64,000 nt of DNA from an uncultured Chromatiales bacterium (GTDB taxonomy: Bacteria > Bacteroidota > Ignavibacteria > SZUA-365 > CAYQST01): positions 6,554-70,553 of the forward strand of contig CAYQST010000010.1 of the NCBI GenBank assembly GCA_964420295.1. The letters are read 5' to 3'. How positions within the stretch are numbered: position 1 is the first letter of the stretch; every line of letters starts with the position of its first letter. Made by a program: the position numbers and the translations under genes. Shown here piece after piece: positions 35,933-46,302 of the stretch. Under the pieces are notes generated by a model. That model made no database searches. It was not told the origin of the DNA and saw only the letters and a list, made by a program, of their open reading frames with translations.

Positions 35933-37552
35933 ATGAAAAAACTCGTCGAATGCGTTCCCAATTTTTCCGAAGGGAGAAACCCCGAAATTATCGAAGCCAT
36001 CGCCGACAGCATCAGAAAAACCCCGGGTTGCACGTTGTTGGACGTGGATCCGGGCAAGTCCACCAATCGCACCGTGGTCACCTTCGTGGGGAGTCCCGAG
36101 GCCGTGGTGGAAGGCGCTCTGAGCGCCGCGCGGGTGGCCCGACGACTGATCGACATGAGGACCCACACGGGGGAGCATCCCCGCATGGGAGCGATGGACG
36201 TGTGTCCCTTCGTGCCGGTGGCGAACGTGACGATGGAGGAATGCGTGGAATGCGCCAGGGAATTCGGGCGCCGCGCCGCCGAGGAGCTGGGCATTCCCCT
36301 GTATCTGTATGAAGAGGCCCAGACCATCGAATACCGTAAGGCGCTCAAGCAGATTCGGGCGGGGGAATACGAGGGACTGGCCGAGAAAATCGTGAAGCCG
36401 GAATGGAAGCCCGATTTCGGTTCCGCCGCCTTCGTGCCCGAGTGGGGCGCCACGGCCACCGGAGCCCGGTTCTTTCTCATCGCCTATAACGTGAACATTC
36501 TGGGAACCCGCGAGCAGGCCCATCGCATCGCCCTCAACCTGCGCGAGCAGGGACGGGGTCCCGAAGAACCCGGTCGCCTGGCGGCCGTCAAGGGTATCGG
36601 CTGGTATGTGGACGAGTACGGGATGGCCCAGGTCTCCATGAATCTCGACAACTATCAGGTGACCCCGCCTCATGTCGCTTTCGAGGAATGCGTGGCCGAC
36701 GCACGCGCGATGAACCTCGCGGTGGCGGGCTCGGAGCTCGTCGGCCTGATTCCCCTCGAAGCCATGCTACAGGCGGCGGACTACTACATCGCAAAGGAAA
36801 ACCTCTTCATCATCGACGAAGCCCAGAAGATCCGACTGGTCGTCGAACGGCTGGGCCTCAACTCGGTGTCCCGTTTCGATCCCGAAAAGCGCATCATCGA
36901 ATACATGATCAAGGAAGAAGGCACCGAACCTCTCGCCTCGATGACAGTGCGGGATTTTGTTGAACTCCTGGGCGCCCGCACCTCGGCTCCGGGCGGAGGA
37001 TCGGCTTCGGCTCTCGTTGCCGCGATGGGCGCGGGACTTGGCGCCATGGTGGGGTGGATGACGTATGGGAAGAGGAAGTTCGAAGACAAGGACGCCGCCA
37101 TGCGTCGCCTGATTCCTCCTCTCCACGAGGCGATGGAAGCCCTCATCCCGATGATCGACGCCGATACCAACGCGTTCAACGACTACATGGAGGCGCTGGG
37201 ACTGCCGAAGGACACCGACGAACAGAAGGCCCAGCGTTCGGCCGCCCTCCAGGCCGGGCTCAAGAAAGCCGTGGACGTGCCCCTCACCACCATGCGTCTC
37301 GCCGATCAGTGCTGGGAGGCCATGCGGGACATGGCCGATCACGGAAACCTTGCCTCCCGGTCGGATCTCGAGGTGGGCGCTCGCTCCCTCGAAACCGGCA
37401 TCTGGGGGGCCTGGCGCAACGTGGTGATCAACCTCGCCTCGATCAAGGACGAGGAGTATCGCACCCGCATCGGCACTGAGGCCGAGGCAATCAAGAACCG
37501 CGCGGCCCAGCGCTGCGCCGAGGTTCTCGCCGCCCTCGATGCCCGATCCTGA
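35933..37552 (+). CDS. ftcD: Bifunctional glutamate formimidoyltransferase / cyclodeaminase
   Basis: VECVPNFSEGR, HPRMGAMDVCPF, and C-terminal APGGGSASAL cyclodeaminase motif. Confidence 0.95.
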   Translation: MKKLVECVPNFSEGRNPEIIEAIADSIRKTPGCTLLDVDPGKSTNRTVVTFVGSPEAVVEGALSAARVARRLIDMRTHTGEHPRMGAMDVCPFVPVANVTMEECVECAREFGRRAAEELGIPLYLYEEAQTIEYRKALKQIRAGEYEGLAEKIVKPEWKPDFGSAAFVPEWGATATGARFFLIAYNVNILGTREQAHRIALNLREQGRGPEEPGRLAAVKGIGWYVDEYGMAQVSMNLDNYQVTPPHVAFEECVADARAMNLAVAGSELVGLIPLEAMLQAADYYIAKENLFIIDEAQKIRLVVERLGLNSVSRFDPEKRIIEYMIKEEGTEPLASMTVRDFVELLGARTSAPGGGSASALVAAMGAGLGAMVGWMTYGKRKFEDKDAAMRRLIPPLHEAMEALIPMIDADTNAFNDYMEALGLPKDTDEQKAQRSAALQAGLKKAVDVPLTTMRLADQCWEAMRDMADHGNLASRSDLEVGARSLETGIWGAWRNVVINLASIKDEEYRTRIGTEAEAIKNRAAQRCAEVLAALDARS

Positions 37553-37591
37553 TTCCGAACCTGTCTTTCATCACCCTTGGAGAACGCTTTC

Positions 37592-37960
37592 ATGACACGA
37601 ACCCTCGCTTCCCTGGTTCTTCTTGCCGCCCTCCTCTTCGGCGCCTGCGGAAAATCCGACACAAAAAAAGAGGCATCCGGCACCGACGTTCCGGGCAAGC
37701 AGCTCTTCAGTCAATACAATTGCGCCATGTGCCATGGCGAGACCGGCGAAGGCAAGACCTCGGCTCCGGCCCTGCGGGGACTGACTGCGCACTGGGACCG
37801 CGCCACCCTTGTTCGCTACCTGCAGGATCCGACCACCTTCGCCAAGGACGATCCCCGTCTGACCGGCATGAAGGAAACCTATTCGATGTCCATGCCCAGC
37901 TATGCCCATCTCGGAGATGAGAGGCTGGGGCAATTGGCGGACTATATTCTGGGACTCTGA
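37592..37960 (+). CDS. Monoheme cytochrome c lipoprotein
   Basis: Lipobox LLFGAC; CAMCH heme site; distal SMP methionine. Confidence 0.88.
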   Translation: MTRTLASLVLLAALLFGACGKSDTKKEASGTDVPGKQLFSQYNCAMCHGETGEGKTSAPALRGLTAHWDRATLVRYLQDPTTFAKDDPRLTGMKETYSMSMPSYAHLGDERLGQLADYILGL

Positions 37961-37963
37961 TCC

Positions 37964-39091
37964 CTACGCCAGGCGGGCGCAGAGCTCGTCGCAGACGAGG
38001 AACCCGCGATGGGTCAGTTCGAGACGGCCATCCGATATTCGGATCAGGCCGTCTTTTTTTGCTCCCGTGAGCACGTCCTTGCGTTCGACGGCCAGGTCTC
38101 GATCGTAGCGCTCGCGAAAGTCCTCGAGATTCAGTACCCCGCGGCGGAGCCCAAGAAATATGGCTTCGATGGCACGCTGTTCGGGCGTGAGAATTTCTAC
38201 CTCGCGCTCGGGCCTCGAGTCGGCCTGGAGGGAGCGGGTCCATTCGGCCACGGAGCGGGGATGTCTCCAACGCCGTCCGCCCCACGTGCTTGCCGCTGAG
38301 GGGCCGAAGCCGAGATAGTCCTCCTGCAGCCAGTACGAGAGATTGTGACGACTCCGGAAGCCGGGTTTGGCATAGTTCGACACCTCGTAATGCTCGTATC
38401 CGGCCTTGTTCAGCACCTCCATCGTGCGGAGAAAGAGGTCGGCGTCCACCTCGATATCGGGCAGGCGAACCTCTCCGTGGCGGACGAGATGGTCCAGGGG
38501 CGTGGAGGGCTCCACGGTCAGCGAATAGCAACTCAAATGCGGCACTTCATGGTCGAGAGCGAGGGAGAGGGTATGAATCCATCTCTCGAGCGTCTGGCCA
38601 GGCAGGGAGAACATGAGGTCGATACTGAAGTTGTCGAAGCCCGCCCTTCTCGCGGAAGCGATGGCGTCGCGGGCCTGCCGGGCATCGTGGATGCGATCCA
38701 GGGCGCGAAGATCCTCATCGAAAAAGGACTGAATGCCGATGCTCAGTCTGGTGACTCCGGCAGAGCGGAGGTCCGCGAACAGGGCCTGATCCGTGGTGCC
38801 GGGATTGCATTCCACCGTGATTTCCGCGTCAGGCGCCAGCCGAAGGCGGGAGGAGAGATCTTCGATGATCCCCCCGATGGTAGACGCGTCGAGGGCTGTG
38901 GGCGTTCCTCCTCCAAAGAAAAGAGAGCCGAACTCCCGATCCCCGGGCGCGAGGTCGCGGAGGAGGAGGTCCCTCTCCCGAGCCACCAGGGCGCGGAAGT
39001 TCTCGGACCCCCGGAAATCCGTGATGGAATAGAAGTCGCAGTACACGCATTTGGCGTGGCACCAGGGCACGTGAACGTAGAGGGAAGGCAT
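37964..39091 (-). CDS. hemW: Radical SAM heme chaperone HemW
   Basis: LYVHVPWCHAKCVYCDF, FFGGGTPT, YEVSNY, NLSYW. Confidence 0.92.
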   Translation of the reverse strand: MPSLYVHVPWCHAKCVYCDFYSITDFRGSENFRALVARERDLLLRDLAPGDREFGSLFFGGGTPTALDASTIGGIIEDLSSRLRLAPDAEITVECNPGTTDQALFADLRSAGVTRLSIGIQSFFDEDLRALDRIHDARQARDAIASARRAGFDNFSIDLMFSLPGQTLERWIHTLSLALDHEVPHLSCYSLTVEPSTPLDHLVRHGEVRLPDIEVDADLFLRTMEVLNKAGYEHYEVSNYAKPGFRSRHNLSYWLQEDYLGFGPSAASTWGGRRWRHPRSVAEWTRSLQADSRPEREVEILTPEQRAIEAIFLGLRRGVLNLEDFRERYDRDLAVERKDVLTGAKKDGLIRISDGRLELTHRGFLVCDELCARLA

Positions 39092-39117
39092 GGGGGCGGG
39101 GCGGGGGCTGGTGGTCG

Positions 39118-40161
39118 TCAGTGGATGAACGTCAGAATGCGATTCCAGCGGATGGACGTGAAGCGGCGGAAGAAGGAGTTGGAGGTACCCGGATCCCAGG
39201 ACCAGAACACCACCAGCACCTCACCGAGGATTTCGCGTTCTGGCACAAAGCCCCAGTAGCGGCTGTCTCGGCTGTTGTCGCGATTGTCTCCCAGGAAGAA
39301 GTAATAATCGCGTTCCACCACATAGCGACTGCTCAGGTGCTCGTCGATCTCGATCTGTCCATAGGTGTTGAAGCGGATGGAATGTCCCTCTGCCTGTATA
39401 AAGCCCCTCCATTGATCGAGATTATCGTAGGTCAGGTGGATCTCCATGCCTTCATAGGGAACGACCACCGGTCCCCACCAATCCTTGTTGAACGGAAGGC
39501 CCTTCGGAAAAATGTCCGGCTCGATTTCACCCCGTCTCATGGAGAAGGCATCGAAGGACGCGGAGGAAGGGGGCGGCTCAGGATTCCCATTGATATAGAG
39601 ACGCTTTCCCGCCAGTTCCACGGTGTCCCCCGGCAGGCCCACGCAGCGTTTGACAAACCAGGTGGGTACGGAAGGAAGATCCACACCTCGGGAAACGGTA
39701 TGGCGAAACACCGTCACGTCTCCGCGATCCACCGCGCCGATACCGGGCATCAGATTCAAAAATGGCAGGGGAATTCCCAGCAAGGGCACCGAACGAGGGG
39801 TGAAGAACCCGTACGCCACTTTGTTGACCAGGACCGCGTCACCCGGAAGAAGCGTGTCCTCCATGGATGGCGAGGGGATGGTAAAGGATTCGAGGAAGAA
39901 GAGATTGATGAGGAGGGCGACGCTCAGTCCCCAAAGGAGGGGACCCCGCATCAGCCGAAGGGCGCGGGCGGTGCGAGGACTGAGGCGCACTGTCTGAGAC
40001 GATGTCGTGGGAGGAGACATCGATGCCTCCACAAGAGGATCCGATGACTCGACAGGAGGAACCGATGACTCGACAGGAGGTGCTGATGACTCGACAGGAG
40101 GTATCGATACCTCGGCAGGATGCGTCGTTGTCGAGGCAGAGGGATCGGGTTCCTCGCTCAT
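39118..40161 (-). CDS. lepB: Signal peptidase I (second copy) with an N-terminal repeat
   Basis: IPSPSMEDTL catalytic Ser, FVKRCVG Lys, GDNRDNSRDSRYWG. Confidence 0.92.
   Translation of the reverse strand: MSEEPDPSASTTTHPAEVSIPPVESSAPPVESSVPPVESSDPLVEASMSPPTTSSQTVRLSPRTARALRLMRGPLLWGLSVALLINLFFLESFTIPSPSMEDTLLPGDAVLVNKVAYGFFTPRSVPLLGIPLPFLNLMPGIGAVDRGDVTVFRHTVSRGVDLPSVPTWFVKRCVGLPGDTVELAGKRLYINGNPEPPPSSASFDAFSMRRGEIEPDIFPKGLPFNKDWWGPVVVPYEGMEIHLTYDNLDQWRGFIQAEGHSIRFNTYGQIEIDEHLSSRYVVERDYYFFLGDNRDNSRDSRYWGFVPEREILGEVLVVFWSWDPGTSNSFFRRFTSIRWNRILTFIH
40021..40125 (-). repeat. Five 21-bp tandem units encoding a PPVESSx heptapeptide
   Basis: Core CGATGACTCGACAGGAGG repeated with a period of 21 nt. 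Confidence 0.85.
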
Positions 40162-41111
40162 CAGTCGATCAGCTTGCCGATGCGACTGAAGCGCAGGGAG
40201 CCGAGTTTCTTGAAAATGTTGAAGAAAGGTACATCGGGATCGAAGGAGAGGTAGACGAGGATGGGTGTTCCCACCACATATTCCTTCGGGATCAGGCCCC
40301 AGAAGCGGCTGTCGAGGGAGCGATCGCGGTTGTCTCCCATGCCGAATACATAGTCACGTTCCACGGTGTATCGCGTGGCGGGTTTGTCATCGATATAGAT
40401 GGTGCTATCCACCGTGCGAACCGCGTGTCCTTCTCTTTGGATGAGGATGGCCCATTCATGCAGGTTTTCCAGGGACAGGGGGATCTGGTCTCCCTTTCCG
40501 GGGATGACGAAGGGACCCCAATTGTCCTTGTTCCAGGGCTTTCCCTTCGGAAAGATGGAGGGATCGATGGTACCTTCGGGCAGAATGGTGTAGTCCTCGA
40601 AGTGCACGCCCGGAGCCGACGGGAGAATCTGCCCGTTGACGCGCACTCGTTTATTGACGATCTGCAGGGTATCGTGGGCCGTGGCCACGCAGCGTTTGAG
40701 GTAGAACATAAACTGCCCGGATTTGAGCTCGTCCCGATCGCCCGGATAGATAAACACGATGACGTCGCCCTTTTTCGGGTCGCGGAATCCGGGCACGCGG
40801 AAGTACGGAATTTCGACTTCGGTGCCGAACAGGCCCAGCAGGGGAATGGTGGGTGGAGTGGTGCCTCCGTACAGGAATTTGTTGACGAAGAGCATGTCTC
40901 CGGCCATCACGGTGTATTCCATGGAAGGGGTGGGTACCTGAAACGAAGCCACGAGGAAGCTGTTGAGCACGATCACCGCGCCCAGGGCGATGCCGATGGT
41001 TTTCAGGAATTCGAGCACCCGATCCTTCAGGGGGAGCTGTTTCAGATCCTTCTTTTTCCGGCCCGACAGAATGTCCTTGGCGGAACGGGTTTTGTTCTGT
41101 TGTCCGAGCAT
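40161..41111 (-). CDS. lepB: Signal peptidase I (first copy)
   Basis: VPTPSMEYT, YLKRCVA, GDNRDRSLDSRFWG; TGATG overlap with the next copy. Confidence 0.93.
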   Translation of the reverse strand: MLGQQNKTRSAKDILSGRKKKDLKQLPLKDRVLEFLKTIGIALGAVIVLNSFLVASFQVPTPSMEYTVMAGDMLFVNKFLYGGTTPPTIPLLGLFGTEVEIPYFRVPGFRDPKKGDVIVFIYPGDRDELKSGQFMFYLKRCVATAHDTLQIVNKRVRVNGQILPSAPGVHFEDYTILPEGTIDPSIFPKGKPWNKDNWGPFVIPGKGDQIPLSLENLHEWAILIQREGHAVRTVDSTIYIDDKPATRYTVERDYVFGMGDNRDRSLDSRFWGLIPKEYVVGTPILVYLSFDPDVPFFNIFKKLGSLRFSRIGKLID

Positions 41112-41131
41112 GGGGATTCCGGTTGTGGGGA

Positions 41132-42931
41132 TTAATCTTCCATCGAGAGAATGGCGAGGAAGGCTTCCTGGGGAATTTCTACCGAGCCGACCTGCTTCAT
41201 GCGCTTCTTCCCTTCCTTCTGCTTTTCGAGCAGTTTTCGCTTCCGGGAAATGTCGCCGCCGTAGCATTTGGCGGTGACGTTCTTGCGCAGGGGCTTTACG
41301 ACGTCGCGCGAGATGATTTTGTTTCCAATGGCACCCTGAATGACCACTTCGAACATCTGGCGGGGGATGAGCTGTTTGAGCTTGCTGCAGAGTTTGCGGC
41401 CCCATTCGTAGGACTTGGACCGATGCACGATGCTGCTGAGGGCGTCGACGGGTTCTCCGTTGAGGAGGATGTCGAGCTTGATAAGGTCCGATTCGCGGTA
41501 CTCATGAAAGTCGTAATCGAAGGAGGCATAGCCGCGGGACACCGATTTCAGCTTGTCGTAGAAGTCGAAGATGATTTCCGACAGTGGGAGTTCGTAATGC
41601 ACGTCGGCGCGGGTGGGATCGATGTAGGTGGTGTTGATATACACGCCCCGTCGGTCCATGCACAGCTTCATGATGTTGCCCAGGTATTCGGTGGGCACGA
41701 TGATCTGGGCCTTGATGTAAGGCTCCTTGATATGGTCGATCTTTCCGGCGTCGGGCAGGAAGGAGGGATTGTCCACGATCACCTCTTCACCCGTTTCGCG
41801 GATCACCACGATGTATTCCACGTTTGGAACGGTGGTGATGATGGACTGATTGAACTCACGCTCGAGGCGCTCCTGCACGATTTCCATGTGCAGGAGTCCC
41901 AAAAACCCGCAGCGGAATCCGAATCCCAGGGCGGCCGAAGTTTCGGGTTCGTACACGATGGAGGAGTCGTTGAGCTTGAGTTTCGAGAGGGAGTCCCGGA
42001 GTTCCTCGAATTCCTCGCTCACCGTGGGATAGAGTCCGCTGAACACCATCGGCTTGACGGCCTTATATCCGGGCAGGGGGTTCGGAGCCCCGTGTTTTAC
42101 CGTGGTGATGGTGTCGCCCACCTTGGTGTCGGCCACGTCCTTGACCCCGCTGATCAGGTAGCCGACGTCACCGGCCCGAAGGACGCCGGTGCGCTTCTTT
42201 TTCATGAGCAGGACCCCGACTTCCTCGGCCTCGAATTCCTTGTCCGTCGCGAAGAAGCGAATGTGATCGCCCTCGCGCAGAGTGCCTTCCATCACGCGAA
42301 TATAGGTGACGGCGCCCCGGTAGCTGTCGAACACCGAATCGAAGATGAGGGCCTGGAGAGGGGCCTCCGGATTTCCAACGGGAGGAGGGATGCGTTCGAC
42401 GATGGCGGTGAGCAGCTCGGGGATGCCGATACCGGCTTTGGCGCTGACGGAGATGCAGTCCTCGGGCTTGCACCCGATCAGGTCGACGATGCTCTGGCGC
42501 ACGGTATCGATCATCGCGCTGGCCAGGTCCACCTTGTTGATGACGGGGATGATGTCGAGTCCCGCCTCGATGGCGAGGTACAGGTTGCTGATGGTTTGGG
42601 CCTCGATGCCCTGGGTGGCGTCGACGACGAGGATGGCGCCTTCGCAGGCATTGAGGGATCGTGACACCTCATAGGCGAAGTCCACATGGCCCGGTGTGTC
42701 GATGAGATTGAGGGTGTACTCCTGTCCATCGCCATGGTGATATTTCATCTGGATCGCGTGGAGCTTGATCGTGATGCCCCGCTCCTGTTCCAGATCCATG
42801 TCGTCGAGGATCTGGTTCATGGTGAAATCCCGCTTGGACACCGTTTCGGTGATTTCGAGCAGACGATCGGCGAGGGTGGATTTCCCATGATCGATGTGGG
42901 CGATGATACAGAAGTTTCGAAGGAGTTGCAT
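41132..42931 (-). CDS. lepA: Elongation factor 4
   Basis: [52 protein letters not shown]. Confidence 0.98.
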   Translation of the reverse strand: MQLLRNFCIIAHIDHGKSTLADRLLEITETVSKRDFTMNQILDDMDLEQERGITIKLHAIQMKYHHGDGQEYTLNLIDTPGHVDFAYEVSRSLNACEGAILVVDATQGIEAQTISNLYLAIEAGLDIIPVINKVDLASAMIDTVRQSIVDLIGCKPEDCISVSAKAGIGIPELLTAIVERIPPPVGNPEAPLQALIFDSVFDSYRGAVTYIRVMEGTLREGDHIRFFATDKEFEAEEVGVLLMKKKRTGVLRAGDVGYLISGVKDVADTKVGDTITTVKHGAPNPLPGYKAVKPMVFSGLYPTVSEEFEELRDSLSKLKLNDSSIVYEPETSAALGFGFRCGFLGLLHMEIVQERLEREFNQSIITTVPNVEYIVVIRETGEEVIVDNPSFLPDAGKIDHIKEPYIKAQIIVPTEYLGNIMKLCMDRRGVYINTTYIDPTRADVHYELPLSEIIFDFYDKLKSVSRGYASFDYDFHEYRESDLIKLDILLNGEPVDALSSIVHRSKSYEWGRKLCSKLKQLIPRQMFEVVIQGAIGNKIISRDVVKPLRKNVTAKCYGGDISRKRKLLEKQKEGKKRMKQVGSVEIPQEAFLAILSMED

Positions 42932-43116
42932 GGATTCGGTGTGATCGGGGATTCTACAAACTTTCAATATATCCCGGAGCGGGGAGAGGAGCAACGGAAA
43001 ATGACGTCGCCCGGCACTTTCCGATTGCCGAAACCGGGTTTCCCTCCGTATCTTTAAAAACTAGAGAAGAATCTGAATTCACGTTTTCCGTTCATATCTC
43101 AAAGGAAGAAGCATTC

Positions 43117-43866
43117 ATGAACATTTATGTGTGCGTCAGCCATGTGCCCGACACCACGACGAAGGTTCAGATCGGATCCGATGGAAAGCACATCGATCCG
43201 GCCGGAGTCACGTGGATCCTCAATCCCTATGACGAATTTGCGCTCGAGGCGGGATTGCAGCTCAAGGAAGCCCGGGGCGGAGAAGTGACCGCGGTGTGTG
43301 TCGGTCCCGAAGCCGTCAAGGAAACCATTCGCAAGGCCCTGGCCATGGGAGTGGACAAGGGGTTGCATATTGTGACCGATGGAGAGCAGGACACCTTCGC
43401 CACCGCCAAAGCCATTGCCGACACCCTCGCCACGCGAGGAGCGGACATGGTGTTTTGCGGGAGGCAGTCCATCGACTATGATAGCTGGCAGATGGCCGGC
43501 ATGCTCGGCGAACTGCTGGGAATGCCCAGTCTTTCGGTGGTATCGACCCTGACCATCGGCGAAGACGGGGTGATTTCGGCGGAGCGGGACATCGAGGGAG
43601 GAAAGGAAACCCTGAACGCGATGCTGCCTGCAGTGATTTCCACGCAGAAGGGATTGAACAGTCCCCGGTATCCGAAACTGCAGGGCATCATGGCCGCGAA
43701 GAAGAAGCCGATCGAAGAAGTGGCGGTGACGGTAACCCCGGCCCGCGTGGAGACGGTGGAAATGACCAAGCCTCCCGTCAAGCAGGCGGGCAAGATTGTC
43801 GGCACCGGCCCCGAGGCCGTCAAGGAACTCGTGCGACTCCTGCACGAGGAAGCGAAAGTGATGTAA
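43117..43866 (+). CDS. etfB: Electron transfer flavoprotein beta subunit
   Basis: VCVSHVPD, LNPYDEFALE, CGRQSIDYD, PRYPKLQGIMAAKKK. Confidence 0.95.
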   Translation: MNIYVCVSHVPDTTTKVQIGSDGKHIDPAGVTWILNPYDEFALEAGLQLKEARGGEVTAVCVGPEAVKETIRKALAMGVDKGLHIVTDGEQDTFATAKAIADTLATRGADMVFCGRQSIDYDSWQMAGMLGELLGMPSLSVVSTLTIGEDGVISAERDIEGGKETLNAMLPAVISTQKGLNSPRYPKLQGIMAAKKKPIEEVAVTVTPARVETVEMTKPPVKQAGKIVGTGPEAVKELVRLLHEEAKVM

Positions 43867-43899
43867 CGGTTTCCCCACAGCAACAAAGGATTCGATATC

Positions 43900-44856
43900 A
43901 TGCGCATACTCGTATTCATGGAAGTCAGAGACAAGGGCATTAAAAAAAGCTCTCTCGAAGCCCTGCGCGCGGCGTCCGGATTCGGTGGCGACGCCGTGGC
44001 CGTAGTGCTGGGCGAAGCCACCGGAGTGGATCAGTTGGGGGGATACGGAGCATCGAAGGTGCTGCACGCGGCTGATGCCCGGCTGAACGCGTATTCCACG
44101 ACCGCCTATGCCAAGGCTTTGTTTCAGGCCGTGGAGCAAACTCAGGCCGACGTCGTGTTCCTGTCCGCCACATCGATGGGCAAGGATCTTGGTCCCCGTC
44201 TGGCAGTGAAAATCGAAGCCGGACTGGCCGCCGACGTGACGGTGCTTCGCGAGGAGGCGGGACAGTTGACCGCTGTTCGTCCGGTGTACGCCGGCAAGGC
44301 CCTCGAGGCGGTTCGGATCACCACTCCGAAGCAGATTTTCACTCTGCGTCCCAATGTGTTTTCGGCAGGAACGCCGAACGGCGACTCCTGTCCAGTGGAA
44401 GACCTCCCCGTGACGCTGGAAGACAAGGATTTCGCGGTGAAGGCCACGGGCACCTCGATCGCCACCGGAAAACTCGACGTGTCGGAAGCGTCCATCATCG
44501 TATCAGGAGGTCGGGGCATGCAGGGTCCGGAGCATTGGGGCCTTATCGAGGATCTCGCCGCTGTGCTGGGAGCCGCGACCGGAGCGTCCCGCGCGGTGGT
44601 GGATGCCGGGTGGCGCCCGCACGGTGAGCAGGTGGGTCAGACCGGAAAGACGGTGTCGCCGACCCTGTATGTGGCGTGCGGCATCAGCGGTGCCATTCAG
44701 CATCTGGCGGGCATGAGCTCGTCGAAGGTGATCGTGGCGGTGAACAAGGACAAGGATGCCCCAATCTTCCAGGTGGCCGATTACGGCATCGTGGGAGATG
44801 TGTTTGAGGTGCTTCCGGTACTGACCGAGGAGCTGAAAGGACATTTCGCCCGTTAA
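43900..44856 (+). CDS. etfA: Electron transfer flavoprotein alpha subunit
   Basis: IVSGGRG, GASRAVVDAGW, QVGQTGK, GISGAIQH. Confidence 0.96.
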   Translation: MRILVFMEVRDKGIKKSSLEALRAASGFGGDAVAVVLGEATGVDQLGGYGASKVLHAADARLNAYSTTAYAKALFQAVEQTQADVVFLSATSMGKDLGPRLAVKIEAGLAADVTVLREEAGQLTAVRPVYAGKALEAVRITTPKQIFTLRPNVFSAGTPNGDSCPVEDLPVTLEDKDFAVKATGTSIATGKLDVSEASIIVSGGRGMQGPEHWGLIEDLAAVLGAATGASRAVVDAGWRPHGEQVGQTGKTVSPTLYVACGISGAIQHLAGMSSSKVIVAVNKDKDAPIFQVADYGIVGDVFEVLPVLTEELKGHFAR

Positions 44857-44875
44857 CGACGGGCACGAACGAGGG

Positions 44876-44922
44876 AACCCCTTTTCGGTACCGTGCCGCG
44901 AGGTCCGGCGAAAAGGGGTTTT
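44876..44922 (+). terminator. Intrinsic terminator after etfA
   Basis: AACCCCTTTTCG...CGAAAAGGGGTT followed by TT. Confidence 0.7.
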
Positions 44923-44983
44923 ACCTTGTGAAAATGGCAGAGAACACCTAGATTCCCACGTCGATATCAGTCACAGGAGTGTT

Positions 44984-45562
44984 GTGGTGGAACGGATACA
45001 AGTTGATATTCTCGGATTATCAACGAGTCCGGCAAGTGGAGGGGCTTATGCCCTGATTCTCAAGGAACTGGAAGGACCCCGGCGTCTGCCGATCATCATT
45101 GGGGCATTCGAGGCCCAGGCCATCGCCCTGGAAATCGAAGGCATCAAGCCGCCCCGCCCCATGACCCATGATCTGCTCAAGACCACCATCGAGACTTTGG
45201 GCTGCAGTGTCACCGAAGTCACCATCACCGAGCTGCGTGATGGGACCTTTTACGCCATCGTGGCGATCGACAATCCGGTCAACGACGAGATCGATGCCCG
45301 CCCTTCAGACGCCATCGCCTTGGCGGTGCGCTTCCGGGCTCCGATCTACGTCAGTCAGGACGTCTTTTCCGAAGCCGGATTCGTTCCGGAAGACGAAGAA
45401 GAGGAATCGGACCCTGACGCGCCCTCCGACGAAGGGTTGCCCTCGAAAGACCGGCATGTGGACGACCTGCGCAAGCGCTTGCAGGACGCCATCGCGAACG
45501 AGGATTACGAAGCGGCGGCACAGCTCCGTGATCAGATTAACGCTCTGCTCAGAGAGGAATGA
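44984..45562 (+). CDS. Bifunctional nuclease family (DUF151) protein with a UVR domain
   Basis: LPIIIGAFEAQAI, RPMTHDL, DARPSDAIALA, and AIANEDYEAAAQLRD. Confidence 0.92.
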   Translation: MVERIQVDILGLSTSPASGGAYALILKELEGPRRLPIIIGAFEAQAIALEIEGIKPPRPMTHDLLKTTIETLGCSVTEVTITELRDGTFYAIVAIDNPVNDEIDARPSDAIALAVRFRAPIYVSQDVFSEAGFVPEDEEEESDPDAPSDEGLPSKDRHVDDLRKRLQDAIANEDYEAAAQLRDQINALLREE

Positions 45563-45750
45563 CGACCACCCTCCCCTGCCCTGGCCCACGTCGGGTTTGT
45601 TTTCCCACGCCACCGCCTGTTGCCCGAATGACGTCCGATCTCGGACGCACATGACCTCCCGCGCCCACGCGGCGAGGGATTTTTCCCGACCATCGCGAAG
45701 CAACCTCCCGGTCGACTCCTGCTCGGTCCCTGTGACTGAATTGGCGGAGC

Positions 45751-46284
45751 ATGCCTAAAACTCCATCCGATATATCCGACTCCTCCACACCGCCACCTCG
45801 CTGGTTGGTGCTCTGTGTTCGTCCCCGCTACGAGCGGCGCGTGGATCTTCGATGTCAGCAGGCGGGAATCACGCGTTTTCTCCCTCTGCGCATGGAAGTG
45901 CGGCAGTGGTCCGACCGCAAGAAGATGGTGGAAGTTCCTCTCTTTCCCGGCTACCTGTTCGTTCGGGTTCGGGAACGAGAGCGCATCGCCGCCCTCGAGA
46001 TTGACGGCGCCCTCCACTATGTGGTGTTCGGAGGTCGGCCGGCCGTGGTGCCCGCCGCCGTAATGGATGGACTCCGCGCCCTGGTGGCCAGCTCCTGTCC
46101 GGTGGAGGCCCAAGCCCTTCCCCTGCAGCCCGGACGCCGCATTCGCGTGCTTCGGGGTCCCCTGTGTGGCGTGACCGGCGAGCTTCTCGAAACGAGAGGC
46201 AGCCACCGCCTTTTGATTCGCATCGATGCCATCGGCCAGGCAGCCGGGGTGGAGGTGGGAACCGACGACATTGAAATTCTGTAA
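45751..46284 (+). CDS. UpxY/NusG-family transcription antiterminator
   Basis: WLVLCVRP..E, RQWSDRKKMVEVPLFPGYLFV, KOW-like GRRIRVLRGPLCG; heads the polysaccharide locus. Confidence 0.9.
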   Translation: MPKTPSDISDSSTPPPRWLVLCVRPRYERRVDLRCQQAGITRFLPLRMEVRQWSDRKKMVEVPLFPGYLFVRVRERERIAALEIDGALHYVVFGGRPAVVPAAVMDGLRALVASSCPVEAQALPLQPGRRIRVLRGPLCGVTGELLETRGSHRLLIRIDAIGQAAGVEVGTDDIEIL

Positions 46285-46302
46285 CACTTCACATCGATCA
46301 TC

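Noticed and set aside
45563-45750. ops/JUMPstart element before the UpxY-like gene
   Set aside because: GGCGGAGCATG only loosely resembles GGCGGTAG, and I cannot define a pause site from sequence alone.
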